A stretch of DNA of 62,318 nucleotides, the filler included. It is 3 parts of 3 records of this genome, joined end to end, with 100 filler letters (N's around TTAATTAATTAA, not from the genome) between each part and the next. Parts side by side here need not be neighbours in the genome. Positions count along the whole stretch, not along the records: positions 1 to 27,893 come from SRR31156797_680; 2 more parts are not named here. One strand, written 5' to 3'. This document shows, one piece after another, positions 9,743-20,697 of this stretch; positions within the stretch are counted from its first letter, which is position 1; each line of letters opens with the position of its first letter. The translations under genes were made by a program, and so were the position numbers. The notes under the pieces were generated by a model. That model made no database searches, was not told where the DNA came from, and worked only from the letters and a program-made list of their open reading frames with translations.

Positions 9743-10990
9743 ATGAAAGCCAGATTCAAATTGATCCCCGTTCTATTGGGATTGTTAACTGTAGCCCTCA
9801 TCATAACCAGTGCGATGCTGGTCAAAACTCAGGATGTTTACGCCGCTAAAGACGAAAGATATAAAAATTTAGACACTTTCACGCAGGTGATGTATCTGAT
9901 AGAGCACAATTATGTCGAAGAAGTAGAAAATAAGACCATGGTTTACGGTGCGATCAAAGGTATGCTCGGCGAGCTCGATCCGCACTCCACCTTCCTCGAT
10001 CCGGACACTCTGAAAGAATTTCGTGAAGAGACACAGGGGCAGTTCGGCGGTCTCGGTATAACTATAGGTCTCAGAGAAAAGATACTCACAGTCATATCTC
10101 CACTTGAGGATACTCCCGCTTTCCGAGTAGGAATACAGGCAGGCGACCAGATCATCAAGATCGAAGGTGAAAGCACTGCGGGCATAACTCTCCACGGAGC
10201 AGTTAAAAAGCTGAGAGGCAAGCCTCAAACAGACGTAACTATCACCATTCACAGAAAATCAGTTAAAAAACCTTTTGATGTTACCGTTACAAGAGATATC
10301 ATCAAAGTCAGCTCTGTTAAAAGCAACATCATAGGCGATATAGGATATATAAGACTCATACAATTCACAACTAACGTATCAGAATCCGTTTCGGATGCGA
10401 TGGACGAGCTCGAGGATAAAGGCGCAAAAAGCTATATCATCGATGTTAGAAACAACCCTGGCGGGCTCCTTACAGAAGCTATTAATGTATCGAGCATATT
10501 CCTCCCTTCTAAAAAGATTGTAGTCTATACCAAAGACAGACAGCAGAAGCGTCAGGATTTCAAATCAAAAATATTCTCTAAGAAAGAGCTGGATAAACCT
10601 ATAATCGTTCTTGTTAACGGCGGTAGTGCATCCGCAGCAGAGATCCTCACAGGCGCACTTCAAGACTATGAAAGAGCTACTATCATGGGTGCTAAAACCT
10701 ACGGAAAAGCTTCTGTTCAAAGTGTAATGCCGCTCATGGACGGTTCAGCTATAAAGCTCACAACAGCGAAATACTTCACGCCTAACGGCCGTTCTATTCA
10801 CGAGATAGGTATAGAGCCAGATATCACAGTTGAGCTTAACATTCCGAAAGAAGACGAGAAGAAAGAGGAAGCTAAGCCTGAAAAGCCTGAACCTGTCAGC
10901 TTAAAAGTGGCGGTTTACGACCTTGAAAGAGACAACCAGCTTAAAGCAGCAATAGATAAAATGAAGGAACTTGTCGCTAATGCAAAATAG
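9743..10990 (+). CDS. ctpA: carboxyl-terminal processing protease (S41A, PDZ)
   Basis: LDPHS, GLGI, DVRNNPGG, SASAAE and TYGKASVQ motifs. Confidence 0.93.
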   Translation: MKARFKLIPVLLGLLTVALIITSAMLVKTQDVYAAKDERYKNLDTFTQVMYLIEHNYVEEVENKTMVYGAIKGMLGELDPHSTFLDPDTLKEFREETQGQFGGLGITIGLREKILTVISPLEDTPAFRVGIQAGDQIIKIEGESTAGITLHGAVKKLRGKPQTDVTITIHRKSVKKPFDVTVTRDIIKVSSVKSNIIGDIGYIRLIQFTTNVSESVSDAMDELEDKGAKSYIIDVRNNPGGLLTEAINVSSIFLPSKKIVVYTKDRQQKRQDFKSKIFSKKELDKPIIVLVNGGSASAAEILTGALQDYERATIMGAKTYGKASVQSVMPLMDGSAIKLTTAKYFTPNGRSIHEIGIEPDITVELNIPKEDEKKEEAKPEKPEPVSLKVAVYDLERDNQLKAAIDKMKELVANAK

Positions 10991-12182
10991 AAAGACCAGC
11001 AGCGGTAAAAGAGTAAGGACACCTATAACAACGTCCTCTCCTAAACCTCCGAACAGTAACAATAAGCCTGACAAGGACACAAAAGTAACAACTCTCCTAG
11101 TGGCGGGCGGTCTCGCTGTAGTTGCGGTTCTGGTGCTCGCTGTCGCTTTTATGTTTGTCGTAAGGGGCAACAACGGCGATATGCAGTCTAAGGCTCCGGA
11201 TAGCGAGCAGGTTATTGTCGAATCTGCTGATGCATCACAAGTTATGGATGCGGTCTACCTTTCGCTTTTCGAATACGGGCTGGATAAAAACAGCATAAAA
11301 GAGAAAACAGAAGTTGAATCAGAGACAGATGCTCAGATAAAGATAATGATCGACCCTTTCCATATAGAAGAGATCGAACTTCAGCAGACCATAGCATTTA
11401 AGCTCACCCAGCTGGGGATGGCTCTCACCGATGATGACGGAATTGTTGCGGCTAACGACAAGGTGAAGCTTATCATCACCTTCAAGGCTCCTGTTATAAT
11501 CGAAAAGCCGAAGCCTAACAGTATCGCTTTTGTCATCGACGACTGCGGTTACAGCATAAGCCTCGCAAAACAGCTGACAGAGATACCCTACCCTATAACA
11601 ATGGCGGTAATACCTCATACTAAGTATGCGGTGCAAACATCTAAACTAGCTAAGCAAAAAGGGAAAACATTATTTCTCCACCAGCCGATGCAGCCGGTAT
11701 CCTACCCGAAAACAGACCCGGGAAAAGGAGCCGTTCTCCTGAATATGCCTGCGAAGATTATCAAGGCATCCATCGAGGGGAACATTAAGAGCCTCGGCAC
11801 TGACATAGACGGTTTTAACAACCATATGGGCTCTGCTCTCACACAGGACAGCGAGAAGATGCAGCAGGTTTTCAGCTATATCAGAAAATTTACAGACACC
11901 TTTGTAGACAGCTATACAGCAAAAGGGACTGTCGCCTATGACGAATGCAAAACAGCCGGCTTCAAATGCGGTATGAACAAAAAATTCATCGACAACGAAG
12001 CAGACTATACATACATCAGATCTAAGATCATTGAGGGTGCAAACATCGCCCGTGAGGAAGGACACGTCATCATGATAGGTCACCTCCGTGAAGGCACAGT
12101 TGAAGCACTTAAAAAGATCATGCCTGAACTTGAAAAAGCCGGATACAACCTTGTCTCTGCTACGGAGCTTGCGTTAAAGTGA
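10980..12182 (+). CDS. divergent polysaccharide deacetylase family protein (YibQ-like)
   Basis: VIDDCG, HQPMQP, NNHMGS, FVDS, FIDN and IGH motifs. Canonical envC-ctpA-yibQ context. Confidence 0.88.
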   Translation: MQNRKTSSGKRVRTPITTSSPKPPNSNNKPDKDTKVTTLLVAGGLAVVAVLVLAVAFMFVVRGNNGDMQSKAPDSEQVIVESADASQVMDAVYLSLFEYGLDKNSIKEKTEVESETDAQIKIMIDPFHIEEIELQQTIAFKLTQLGMALTDDDGIVAANDKVKLIITFKAPVIIEKPKPNSIAFVIDDCGYSISLAKQLTEIPYPITMAVIPHTKYAVQTSKLAKQKGKTLFLHQPMQPVSYPKTDPGKGAVLLNMPAKIIKASIEGNIKSLGTDIDGFNNHMGSALTQDSEKMQQVFSYIRKFTDTFVDSYTAKGTVAYDECKTAGFKCGMNKKFIDNEADYTYIRSKIIEGANIAREEGHVIMIGHLREGTVEALKKIMPELEKAGYNLVSATELALK

Positions 12183-13162
12183 TAATCCTCGGCATAGAAT
12201 CATCCTGTGACGAAACATCCCTTGCGGTGTACGACTCAGAAAAAAATGAAATACTGGCAACTTTTACCAGCTCACAGGCGGAGCTTCACAGTAAATTCGG
12301 CGGCGTAGTGCCGGAGGTTGCATCACGTAACCACATCCTAAAACTAGAGAGCCTTTTTGAACAGTGTATGGAGACAGCAAATATCACCCTGAAAGACTTA
12401 GATGCCATAGGCGTGACTAATGCGCCCGGCCTTATAGGCGCACTATTTGTGGGTGTATCTTTCGCAAAAGCGCTCGGCTACTCGCTTAAGATACCTGTGA
12501 TTCCTGTTAACCACCTCTCGGCTCATATTTTAGCAGCAGAGCTTCAGAATGAAGGTCTTCAGGCTCCTTATATGGCACTCATCATATCAGGCGGTCACAC
12601 ACATATTTACGACGTTGACGGGGCTTATAACTTTAACTTACTCGCCCACACTATAGACGATGCCGCAGGCGAATCTTTCGATAAGGTCGCGAAAATGCTC
12701 GGGCTCGGATACCCGGGGGGACCTGCGATAGAGAAACTCGCCGAACAGGGCGACGACAACAAAATTGACCTGCCGATAGCTATAAAGAAACGACCGGACT
12801 TCTCTTTCAGCGGTCTGAAAACCTCTGTATTAAATAAGATAAATGACGGCAAAGAATCGCCAGCAGATATAGCGGCGTCCTTTCAGAAAACTGTCGCAGA
12901 TACACTAACACTCAAAACTCTCCGCATGGCTAAAGAGCTAGGCAGAAAGAAGATTGTAGTGGCTGGCGGGGTTGCCTGTAACGGCTATATCAGGCGTGCA
13001 TTCATGGCACACGATGGCTTCGATGTCTACTTCCCTTCACCAAGACTCTGCACTGATAACGGCGATATGATCGCATTTACCGCATATAAATTTTTTGGGC
13101 GAAGAAAGTTCGCCTCACTGGACGAAACAGCTTATGACAGAATGCAGCAAATCAACAAATAA
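12179..13162 (+). CDS. tsaD: tRNA N6-threonylcarbamoyltransferase TsaD
   Basis: GIESSCDETS, GGVVPEVASR, HLSAH, SGGHT, DDAAGESFDK and TDNG. Confidence 0.97.
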   Translation: MIILGIESSCDETSLAVYDSEKNEILATFTSSQAELHSKFGGVVPEVASRNHILKLESLFEQCMETANITLKDLDAIGVTNAPGLIGALFVGVSFAKALGYSLKIPVIPVNHLSAHILAAELQNEGLQAPYMALIISGGHTHIYDVDGAYNFNLLAHTIDDAAGESFDKVAKMLGLGYPGGPAIEKLAEQGDDNKIDLPIAIKKRPDFSFSGLKTSVLNKINDGKESPADIAASFQKTVADTLTLKTLRMAKELGRKKIVVAGGVACNGYIRRAFMAHDGFDVYFPSPRLCTDNGDMIAFTAYKFFGRRKFASLDETAYDRMQQINK

Positions 13163-14138
13163 AATTCTTGAAGTTCTTGATAAAAATAAACTTATCGCCG
13201 CTCCGCTCGCAGGTGTGACAACACCGCCTTTCCGTAAGATTTTGCGTAAATACTTTGATGGACTCATCTATACGGAGATGGTTAGCGTTGAGGGTGTCAG
13301 GCGTAAAGCTGATAGAACTCTCAGCTATCTGAGTATTACAGAGAGTGACCAGCCGCTAGGTGTTCAGCTTTTCGGGAGCAAACCGGAAGCCTATACGGAG
13401 GCTATCGGTGTTGTTAAGGATTATATAGACACGAAATTTATCGATATAAACATGGGCTGTCCGGTAAAAAAAGTGCTTAAATCAGGCAGCGGTTGCGCCA
13501 TGATGAAAACACCCGGAAACTCAGCCAGAATCATCGAAGCAGCAAAAAAAGCCGCTGGCGACACACCTGTAACCATAAAGATCAGGCTCGGATGGGACAG
13601 AAAAAACCTGAATTACAATGAGTTTATCAAAATAGCATATGAAGAGGGTGCAGAGGCTGTCACCGTACACGGCAGAACCAAAGGTGACATGTTCTCCGGC
13701 GTAGTGGACTACGAACTGATTGCAGATGCTAAAGCAAACGCTAAGCTTCCCATCATAGGAAACGGCGACGTAGTCGACCCTGAAACTTATCAGAAGATGC
13801 TTGATACCGGTGTTGACGGCGTTATGATCGGGCGTGGGATGATGAAACAGCCGTGGATTTTTGAAAGTATAAATAACGGTGAAGATCCAAATAAATATAT
13901 CACCCCTGAAAGACTTTATGAACTTATCAAAGAACTGGTAGTATTTGAAAAAGTTTACAAAGGGGAGATGTTCTTCCTTGAGACAGTGAAGAAGTACATC
14001 GTGTGGTTTCTAAAGGGTATGCCAGGCGCTGCAACGCTCCGCAACCTTTTATATACCTGCCCGACAGAGAAAGAGATGTTTGACCTTCTCGACGAATATT
14101 TCGCAAGACTTGCAGAAAAACAGACTACTCAGTTATAA
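13134..14138 (+). CDS. dusB: tRNA-dihydrouridine synthase (DusB-like)
   Basis: APLAG, YTEMV, DINMGCP, VHGRT, GNGDV and MIGRG. Confidence 0.9.
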   Translation: MTECSKSTNKILEVLDKNKLIAAPLAGVTTPPFRKILRKYFDGLIYTEMVSVEGVRRKADRTLSYLSITESDQPLGVQLFGSKPEAYTEAIGVVKDYIDTKFIDINMGCPVKKVLKSGSGCAMMKTPGNSARIIEAAKKAAGDTPVTIKIRLGWDRKNLNYNEFIKIAYEEGAEAVTVHGRTKGDMFSGVVDYELIADAKANAKLPIIGNGDVVDPETYQKMLDTGVDGVMIGRGMMKQPWIFESINNGEDPNKYITPERLYELIKELVVFEKVYKGEMFFLETVKKYIVWFLKGMPGAATLRNLLYTCPTEKEMFDLLDEYFARLAEKQTTQL

Positions 14139-15288
14139 GAAATTCGGTCAAATCTGAGTTCAGGATAGCCTTAAGCTCTTCTGAATCTTCAGAATCCACC
14201 TTCAAAAACATAAAAGCGAAAACGCCATATTTTTCATAGTCAGTCTCACGCAAATCTAGCACATTGCTGAAAGATGATCTCAGTTTATCGTAGTCAAAAC
14301 CTTTTAAGATCGAATCATCTATGTGCGCACCTTTTTCTATGACACACATAGCGAAAACTCCGTCTCCGCAACGCTCTTCTATCTCGTCCCAATCCGGTTT
14401 AAGGTTATCCATAAAATACTCATAAGTGTTTAAACCATAAGCAAAAACTGATATATCAGTACAGCACCAGCCAGCGAAACGCATAGGGTTCATCTCTATC
14501 GGAACCATGCGCCCGTTTTCATCTATTCTTATCTCAAGATGAAAAGGGAAATCTTTAACAACTGACAAACGTGAAAGGGATGTAAGGAATTTCTGTACCT
14601 TTTCACCAATCTCACGCACGATAGGCACTGACGTCACATATACTCTATCAGAGACATCATCCTTGCCGGCAAAATCATGCTTAAGGACGTTTAGAATCAC
14701 AGGTGTTCCATAGGAATCGTAATAGCCATCTATCGCATATTCAACGCCATCGATGACCTCTTCTATGATAAACCCAGATGAGTTTAAAACATCTTCAGGG
14801 TAGTAATCTTTAATTTTAACAGTATCTTCGAGAAGCTGAGTCCTTACTGTCTTCCAGCTTTCCTCGTTCTCTACATAGTAAACACCAAGACTGAAAAAAC
14901 CGACCGATGGTTTGATTATGAACGGAAAACGTAAATCCTTAACAGACAGGAACTCAATCTGATCAACAGGAACTTCTTTATAGTAAAAATCAGGATACAT
15001 CCCTGACAGAAGATCGCGAAATTTTGCCTTATTCTTAAACATATCAATGCGTTCAATAAGGTCAGAAAACATGAGGTTTTCATTTATCCAGGTTATCGCA
15101 TTCTCAGAATTAGTATATATCAGAGGCTTAGTTTTAAAGCGCTCAATAAATCTCTCAGCAGAAAACAGAGTTAACTCACCCGCACCTTCCTGTGCTCTGG
15201 AAAATTCAGTATCAAGAACAGGATACTTCTTTCTTTTAAGGGTATCCAGAAGCACCTTAGAAGCGAACGGCTCATCAAGAATAAACAT
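14125..15288 (-). CDS. ATP-grasp domain protein of unknown function
   Basis: NKAKFR, FPFIIKPSVG, FIIEEVIDGVEY, FHLE and IEMNPMR. Confidence 0.85.
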   Translation of the reverse strand: MFILDEPFASKVLLDTLKRKKYPVLDTEFSRAQEGAGELTLFSAERFIERFKTKPLIYTNSENAITWINENLMFSDLIERIDMFKNKAKFRDLLSGMYPDFYYKEVPVDQIEFLSVKDLRFPFIIKPSVGFFSLGVYYVENEESWKTVRTQLLEDTVKIKDYYPEDVLNSSGFIIEEVIDGVEYAIDGYYDSYGTPVILNVLKHDFAGKDDVSDRVYVTSVPIVREIGEKVQKFLTSLSRLSVVKDFPFHLEIRIDENGRMVPIEMNPMRFAGWCCTDISVFAYGLNTYEYFMDNLKPDWDEIEERCGDGVFAMCVIEKGAHIDDSILKGFDYDKLRSSFSNVLDLRETDYEKYGVFAFMFLKVDSEDSEELKAILNSDLTEFLITE

Positions 15289-15289
15289 A

Positions 15290-17410
15290 TCACACCTTCA
15301 TACTTAAAGAGAGTCGACCTCTCGCTTTATCTATACTAAGAACTTTTGTCTTTACCGTCTGACCGACTTTCACAACCTCTGCCGGATCACTCACAAATTT
15401 GTTTGCAAGCTGAGAGATGTGAACCAGTCCGTCGTTTTTAAGTCCAACATCAACAAAAGCACCAAAATCCACAACATTACTAACTTTTCCTGTAAGTACA
15501 TCACCCTCTTTCAGGCTTTCGATGGATAATATCCCCTGCTTAAAAACTACAGGGTCGACATTATCACGGATATCCCTATCAGGTTTTTCAAGATTTTCCA
15601 TTATATCATTAATAGTATACTCGCCGATACCTAGCTTTTCAGCGAGAGATTTAACATTTTTATCTTTAACAGCGAGCTTAACGAGCTCAGTTTTGTCAGA
15701 AGAAAGATTAACCGCCTGAAGAAATGCGTAAACAGCATCATAGCTCTCCGGGTGGATAAACATGCTGTCGAGCTTCTCTTCGCCGTCGTAAACCTTTAAG
15801 AAACCAGCGGATTGCCTGAATGTTGTCTCTCCGACACCATCAACCTTCATCAGCTCACGTCTACTTTTAAAGCGACCTATAGCTTTCCTATGATTAACAA
15901 TCTTCTCAGCCATTGTCTCACTCAGCCCGGACACATATGAGAGGAGCGATGAGCTTGCAGTATTGAGGTCAACACCGACGTTATTCACTACATCCTCTAC
16001 GACATCTTTGAGAGATTTCTCAAGTTTTTTCCCTGAAACATCATGCTGATACATCCCTACGCCTATCGATTTAGGATCAATTTTCACAAGCTCCGCAAGC
16101 GGATCAATAACCCTTCTGGCGATTGAGATAGCTCCTCTGATGGAAACGTCAAGCTCTGGAAATTCGCGCTTTGCAACTTCTCCCGCAGAATAAACCGATG
16201 CTCCAGCCTCGCTGACAATAGTGTACTGAAGGTCAAGCTCCTCATCGCCTATAACCTGCGCTACAAATTCTTCCGTTTCACGGCTGGCAGTTCCGTTTCC
16301 GATGGCTATCGCATCAACGTTATTATTTCGTATTGTTTCAAGTATAATATTCCTACTTGAGTGAAAATCTGCATGTGGTTTAGTAGGATACATCACTCCA
16401 TAGTCGAGCAGAGCACCTGTAGTATCGACCACGGCATATTTACATCCGGTACGGAAAGCTGGATCAATTCCTAAAATAACTCTGTTTCGAACGGTAGGAG
16501 TAAGCAGTAGGTTTTTAAGATTTTCAGCAAAAACAGAAATAGCCTTGATCTCTCCACCCTCTTTCAGCTCTCCTCTAAACTCCAGTTCAAGTGAAAGCTC
16601 AAGCATTTTTTTGAACGCCTGACGCTGGCACTTTTTAGTTATATCATTATCAGACATACCTTTATCTGCACATATTGTGGCTATAGCGTTAAGGCAAATG
16701 TCTTCGTCTATCTGTACTTTCAACTTAAGTATCTTCTCACGCTCACCACGAAACATAGCGAGAACTCTATGAGGCGGGATATCTCTAAGTTTTTGGCTGA
16801 AATCGTAATAATCCTCGTATGGATTACGCTCTTTACTATCGGTCTTTTGTGTGGAAACAAGCTCGCCGTTAAGCTCATAAAGCTCTCTCAGTCTTGACTT
16901 AATATCAGCATCGTGCCCGGTCTCTTCTGTGATTATATCAGAAGCCATGCTGACCGCTGTTTCACTATCTGCTACTTCCTCGCTGATATATTTAGCAGCC
17001 TCGGACTCAAGCTCAGCTAAGTCACTGTTAGACTTTATATAAATAGCTAAAGGCTCAAGCCCTGCTTCACGGGCGATATCAGCCTTTGTTTTCTTTTTAG
17101 ACTTATATGGAGCGTAGAGATCCTCTACCTCTTTCATCGTAGAGGCATTGAGTATTGATTTCTTAAGCGCATCAGTAAGTTTACCACGCTCATCAATAGC
17201 TGCTATGACTTCCTGTTTACGTTTTTCAAGATTTTCAAGGTATTCATATCTTTCGATCAGGTTGCGGATGTCTTCGGCATCCATATTGCCAGTCATCTCT
17301 TTGCGGTATCTGGCTATAAACGGGATTGTATTTCCGTTTAAGTGAAGGTCAATTACGTTATCAATATGGTTATTTCTGAGGTCGAATTCACCATAAATCT
17401 GCTCTTGCAT
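15290..17410 (-). CDS. tex: Tex family RNA-binding transcriptional accessory protein
   Basis: PFIARYRKE, GIDPAFRTGCK, GNGTASRET, GVGMYQHD and a C-terminal S1 domain. Confidence 0.95.
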   Translation of the reverse strand: MQEQIYGEFDLRNNHIDNVIDLHLNGNTIPFIARYRKEMTGNMDAEDIRNLIERYEYLENLEKRKQEVIAAIDERGKLTDALKKSILNASTMKEVEDLYAPYKSKKKTKADIAREAGLEPLAIYIKSNSDLAELESEAAKYISEEVADSETAVSMASDIITEETGHDADIKSRLRELYELNGELVSTQKTDSKERNPYEDYYDFSQKLRDIPPHRVLAMFRGEREKILKLKVQIDEDICLNAIATICADKGMSDNDITKKCQRQAFKKMLELSLELEFRGELKEGGEIKAISVFAENLKNLLLTPTVRNRVILGIDPAFRTGCKYAVVDTTGALLDYGVMYPTKPHADFHSSRNIILETIRNNNVDAIAIGNGTASRETEEFVAQVIGDEELDLQYTIVSEAGASVYSAGEVAKREFPELDVSIRGAISIARRVIDPLAELVKIDPKSIGVGMYQHDVSGKKLEKSLKDVVEDVVNNVGVDLNTASSSLLSYVSGLSETMAEKIVNHRKAIGRFKSRRELMKVDGVGETTFRQSAGFLKVYDGEEKLDSMFIHPESYDAVYAFLQAVNLSSDKTELVKLAVKDKNVKSLAEKLGIGEYTINDIMENLEKPDRDIRDNVDPVVFKQGILSIESLKEGDVLTGKVSNVVDFGAFVDVGLKNDGLVHISQLANKFVSDPAEVVKVGQTVKTKVLSIDKARGRLSLSMKV

Positions 17411-17476
17411 TTAGCACCTGCATATTAATTTATCGTAATTCATTTTACCGTTTTTTATGAAGTGTACAAGTAATTA

Positions 17477-18700
17477 TTAAGATTTAAAACAGACCATGTT
17501 TCTACCGGATTGCTTCGCTTCATAAAGGAGTTCGTCCGCTTCTGCCAGCATTCCTCCTACCGCAATACCAGAGCGGCAGGTCACGCCAAAACTACATGTT
17601 ATTTTTATAAGATTATCATTAAATGATATTTCCAGATTTTCAATTTGCTCCCGCAAACCTTCAAAATAATCTGCTGGCTTACTTTCGTTTAAAAAGATAC
17701 AGAATTCTTCTCCGCCAAACCTTGAAACGACACTTTCGCTACCAGCGTATGTTTTCAAAACACCGGAAACAGCTTTCAAAACTTCATCTCCGCCATCGTG
17801 ACCGTAAGTGTCATTAACTTTTTTAAAGAAATCAATATCAAGCATAGCGATTGTTTTATCCGCATCAGGATTAAAACGGGTCTCCATCTCTTTAAAGAAA
17901 TATCTCCTGTTGTATAAACCTGTTAGGTAATCTTTAAATGAAAGCTCTAATATATTCTCAATCATTAGAATGGTCTGGAGGTTCTGATTCACCCTACTGT
18001 AAAACTGTTCATTGCTAAAAGGTTTTACGATAAAGTCGTTAGCTCCATATTTAATAAATTTCGCAGAGATCGTCTCCCTCTGTGTACCCGAGATCCCTAT
18101 CACTGCGAGCTTATCCTTTGGGAAATCTTTTCGTAGCGTTCTGACAAACTCAAAACCATCCATATCAGGCATCATATAATCAGTAATAACTAACTTAAGG
18201 TTACTAAGCTCCTTAGTCTTAACAAGAGCCTCTGCTGCATTTTTGCAAATATGAACTCTAAAGAGATGGGCTTCAAGTAAACGCTTCATACTATTACGTA
18301 TTATCAGTGAATCATCAACGACAACAACATCAATATTTCTATTTTTGTAAAGCTGGCAAACCATCTTACTAAGGTATTTATCACTGGCAGGATCTCGTTT
18401 CAAGACGTAATCAACGATCTTTTTCTCCCACATTTTATCCCTCAGGTCATCGTTATAATCACCTGTATAAACTATAGTAGGTATCCCTTTTTCCACCAAC
18501 ACATCAACCATATATCCTGTGTCCGCATCCGGCAGATTAAGATCGGTAATAGCTGCAAAATAATCATTATTTTCAATAAAACGAATAGCGTCAGCAGAAT
18601 TCAGTGCAATATCAACAGATAGCCCCGTCTCACCCTCAACGGATGACTTAATATAGCTAACCAAAAGTTTGCTGTCTTCCACGACTAGAATTTTTTTCAT
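17477..18700 (-). CDS. response-regulator diguanylate cyclase (REC-REC-GGDEF)
   Basis: Two receiver domains (TDLNLP, TDYMMP), DIDFFKKVNDTYGH and GGEEF. No RxxD I-site. Confidence 0.93.
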   Translation of the reverse strand: MKKILVVEDSKLLVSYIKSSVEGETGLSVDIALNSADAIRFIENNDYFAAITDLNLPDADTGYMVDVLVEKGIPTIVYTGDYNDDLRDKMWEKKIVDYVLKRDPASDKYLSKMVCQLYKNRNIDVVVVDDSLIIRNSMKRLLEAHLFRVHICKNAAEALVKTKELSNLKLVITDYMMPDMDGFEFVRTLRKDFPKDKLAVIGISGTQRETISAKFIKYGANDFIVKPFSNEQFYSRVNQNLQTILMIENILELSFKDYLTGLYNRRYFFKEMETRFNPDADKTIAMLDIDFFKKVNDTYGHDGGDEVLKAVSGVLKTYAGSESVVSRFGGEEFCIFLNESKPADYFEGLREQIENLEISFNDNLIKITCSFGVTCRSGIAVGGMLAEADELLYEAKQSGRNMVCFKS

Positions 18701-18763
18701 TTATCCCCTGATAATAGATATTTATCACTAAAAATATAACACAAAAATAATAGTATTAGTATT

Positions 18764-19462
18764 CTAACTTAACTTAGCCAGCCTAATACCCATGAGTGAA
18801 TTTAATACTGAAATATTGAAACGTGAAAGATCCTCAGATCTTATTATAATCGACTTAACAGAGTGCGCCTTAGCAAATAATTCTAACGAAAGGCTCTTAA
18901 GTTTATTGCTCGATTCAGAAATATAATAATTTTCTCCATCATCAAACAGAAGGGCTGCCGTTGATGCTTCTAAAACAGACCCATCTTTATCCAACAGGAT
19001 CGAATCATCACACCCGTTTTCAACTGCATATTTTTTAGCCAGCAGAAAGTGCATATAATTCATAGACTTATGAGAGTTCAGATAGGAATCGTGGATATGA
19101 GGATACACACATAGCTTAAAAACTTTGTCAGCAGGCGGTGGAGTGTAAGGCACTGTTGATATAAAAACTGAATAATTTTCAAGATCATCAGCCATGTGGC
19201 AGACATTCACCCTTGCAGCAGCCTCAGACAAGTTATTCTCACTTATAAGCCGGCTTATCACATCCTCATAGTCAAAGTTATACGTTTTAAAACCAAATTG
19301 TTCAGAGGAGCTTATAATGCGCTTCAGGTGCAGCTCAAGGTTCTTAACCTCACCTTCGTCATAAAGTATAGTCTCAAAAAAACCAGCACCGTAACGAAAG
19401 TGTGCTCTGTTCGGGTCAACATCAACTGTTTCAACAAAACTATCTCTGTAAAATACTTTCAT
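18764..19462 (-). CDS. pabC: aminodeoxychorismate lyase (class IV PLP enzyme)
   Basis: YGAGFFETI, HLKR, HKSMNY and E-ASTA. Last gene of pabABC. Confidence 0.82.
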   Translation of the reverse strand: MKVFYRDSFVETVDVDPNRAHFRYGAGFFETILYDEGEVKNLELHLKRIISSSEQFGFKTYNFDYEDVISRLISENNLSEAAARVNVCHMADDLENYSVFISTVPYTPPPADKVFKLCVYPHIHDSYLNSHKSMNYMHFLLAKKYAVENGCDDSILLDKDGSVLEASTAALLFDDGENYYISESSNKLKSLSLELFAKAHSVKSIIIRSEDLSRFNISVLNSLMGIRLAKLS

Positions 19463-20697
19463 CAGAACATCCTCAAAAACTTTTCAGCCTTACTCATAGA
19501 TTCATGATACTCTTTTTCTGGCACTGATGCCGCTACAATACCGCTTCCAGCGAAAAATCTGATCTTACCATTTTCTACAAATCCGGTGCGTATGGTTATC
19601 GACGAGTCTAAATTTTTCTTATCTTTTACCCTAAAAATACTACCACAATATATCCCTCGTGAGTGCGGCTCAAGCTCATCAATAATTCCCATCGAGCGTT
19701 TTTTGGGGCACCCAGTTATTGAACCGCCTGGGGATGTCGATAATAGTATATCGATAACATCAGAATCTTCCTTCAGCTTACCTTCTACACTGCTGTACAT
19801 CTGAAGCAGGTTATCCACTCTCATAACGGACTTATGCCCGCTAACTTCTACGCTCCCTACTTCGCAATGCTCAGAGATATCGTTTCTGATAAGGTCAACA
19901 ATCATAGAAAGTTCTGCACTCTCTTTCTTGTCGTTAGTAAGTATGCTCTCCATACCTGATTCATATTTCTCAAATCTATGAGTACCTTTGATCGGCTGAG
20001 ATAATACCTTGCCATCTGTAACTTTTATAAATCTTTCAGGTGAGGTTGAAACTATCTCGCCGTTATTACTGTTAATATATGCGTAAAATGGAGCAGGATT
20101 ATTGAGTGCAAGAGACCGCCAAAGTTCAAAAGCAGAACCTTGCAGCCTACCTTCGAACATCATAGATAAGTTAAGCTGATATGTATGCCCCGATCTGATA
20201 TTCCTTAAAACTGTATTAGTTTTTTCCACATACTCATTAGCTGGCATATTACATTCAATCTCACCAAGTTGAAATTCACTTGCAGAAGGTTTGCAAGATT
20301 GAAGCTGAAGAATCTTTTCACCCAGCTCAGGCAGAAGTGACTCGACTGTCAACTTATCACCTTTATGCTTGATATATGCACTGTATTTCATAAGCCTACC
20401 TAGCTCTATATATCTACTCTTTTCGCTAGGTATCCCACGAAGCTTCATCCCGTATTCGTAACTTAGGAAACCTAAAGTTTCCCGCTCATCAGAAAATGTA
20501 AAAGATTTAATCTCATCTGTTGCTGTCTCGCTTTTGATAGTAAAAACATCAACAGGAGCAACGTAGCATACGGACTCATCTTCATCCCCATACCCTTCTC
20601 CGGAGAATATAACATCCGCCTGCCAGACAGACATTACTGCTGTAACAAGGTCAATAAATTGTTTTTTATCAAATGATTCCAATTCTACTGAGTACAT
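19462..20697 (-). CDS. pabB: aminodeoxychorismate synthase component I
   Basis: YQLNL, SPERF, PIKGT, MIVDLIRND and PGGSITGCPK. Confidence 0.88.
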   Translation of the reverse strand: MYSVELESFDKKQFIDLVTAVMSVWQADVIFSGEGYGDEDESVCYVAPVDVFTIKSETATDEIKSFTFSDERETLGFLSYEYGMKLRGIPSEKSRYIELGRLMKYSAYIKHKGDKLTVESLLPELGEKILQLQSCKPSASEFQLGEIECNMPANEYVEKTNTVLRNIRSGHTYQLNLSMMFEGRLQGSAFELWRSLALNNPAPFYAYINSNNGEIVSTSPERFIKVTDGKVLSQPIKGTHRFEKYESGMESILTNDKKESAELSMIVDLIRNDISEHCEVGSVEVSGHKSVMRVDNLLQMYSSVEGKLKEDSDVIDILLSTSPGGSITGCPKKRSMGIIDELEPHSRGIYCGSIFRVKDKKNLDSSITIRTGFVENGKIRFFAGSGIVAASVPEKEYHESMSKAEKFLRMF

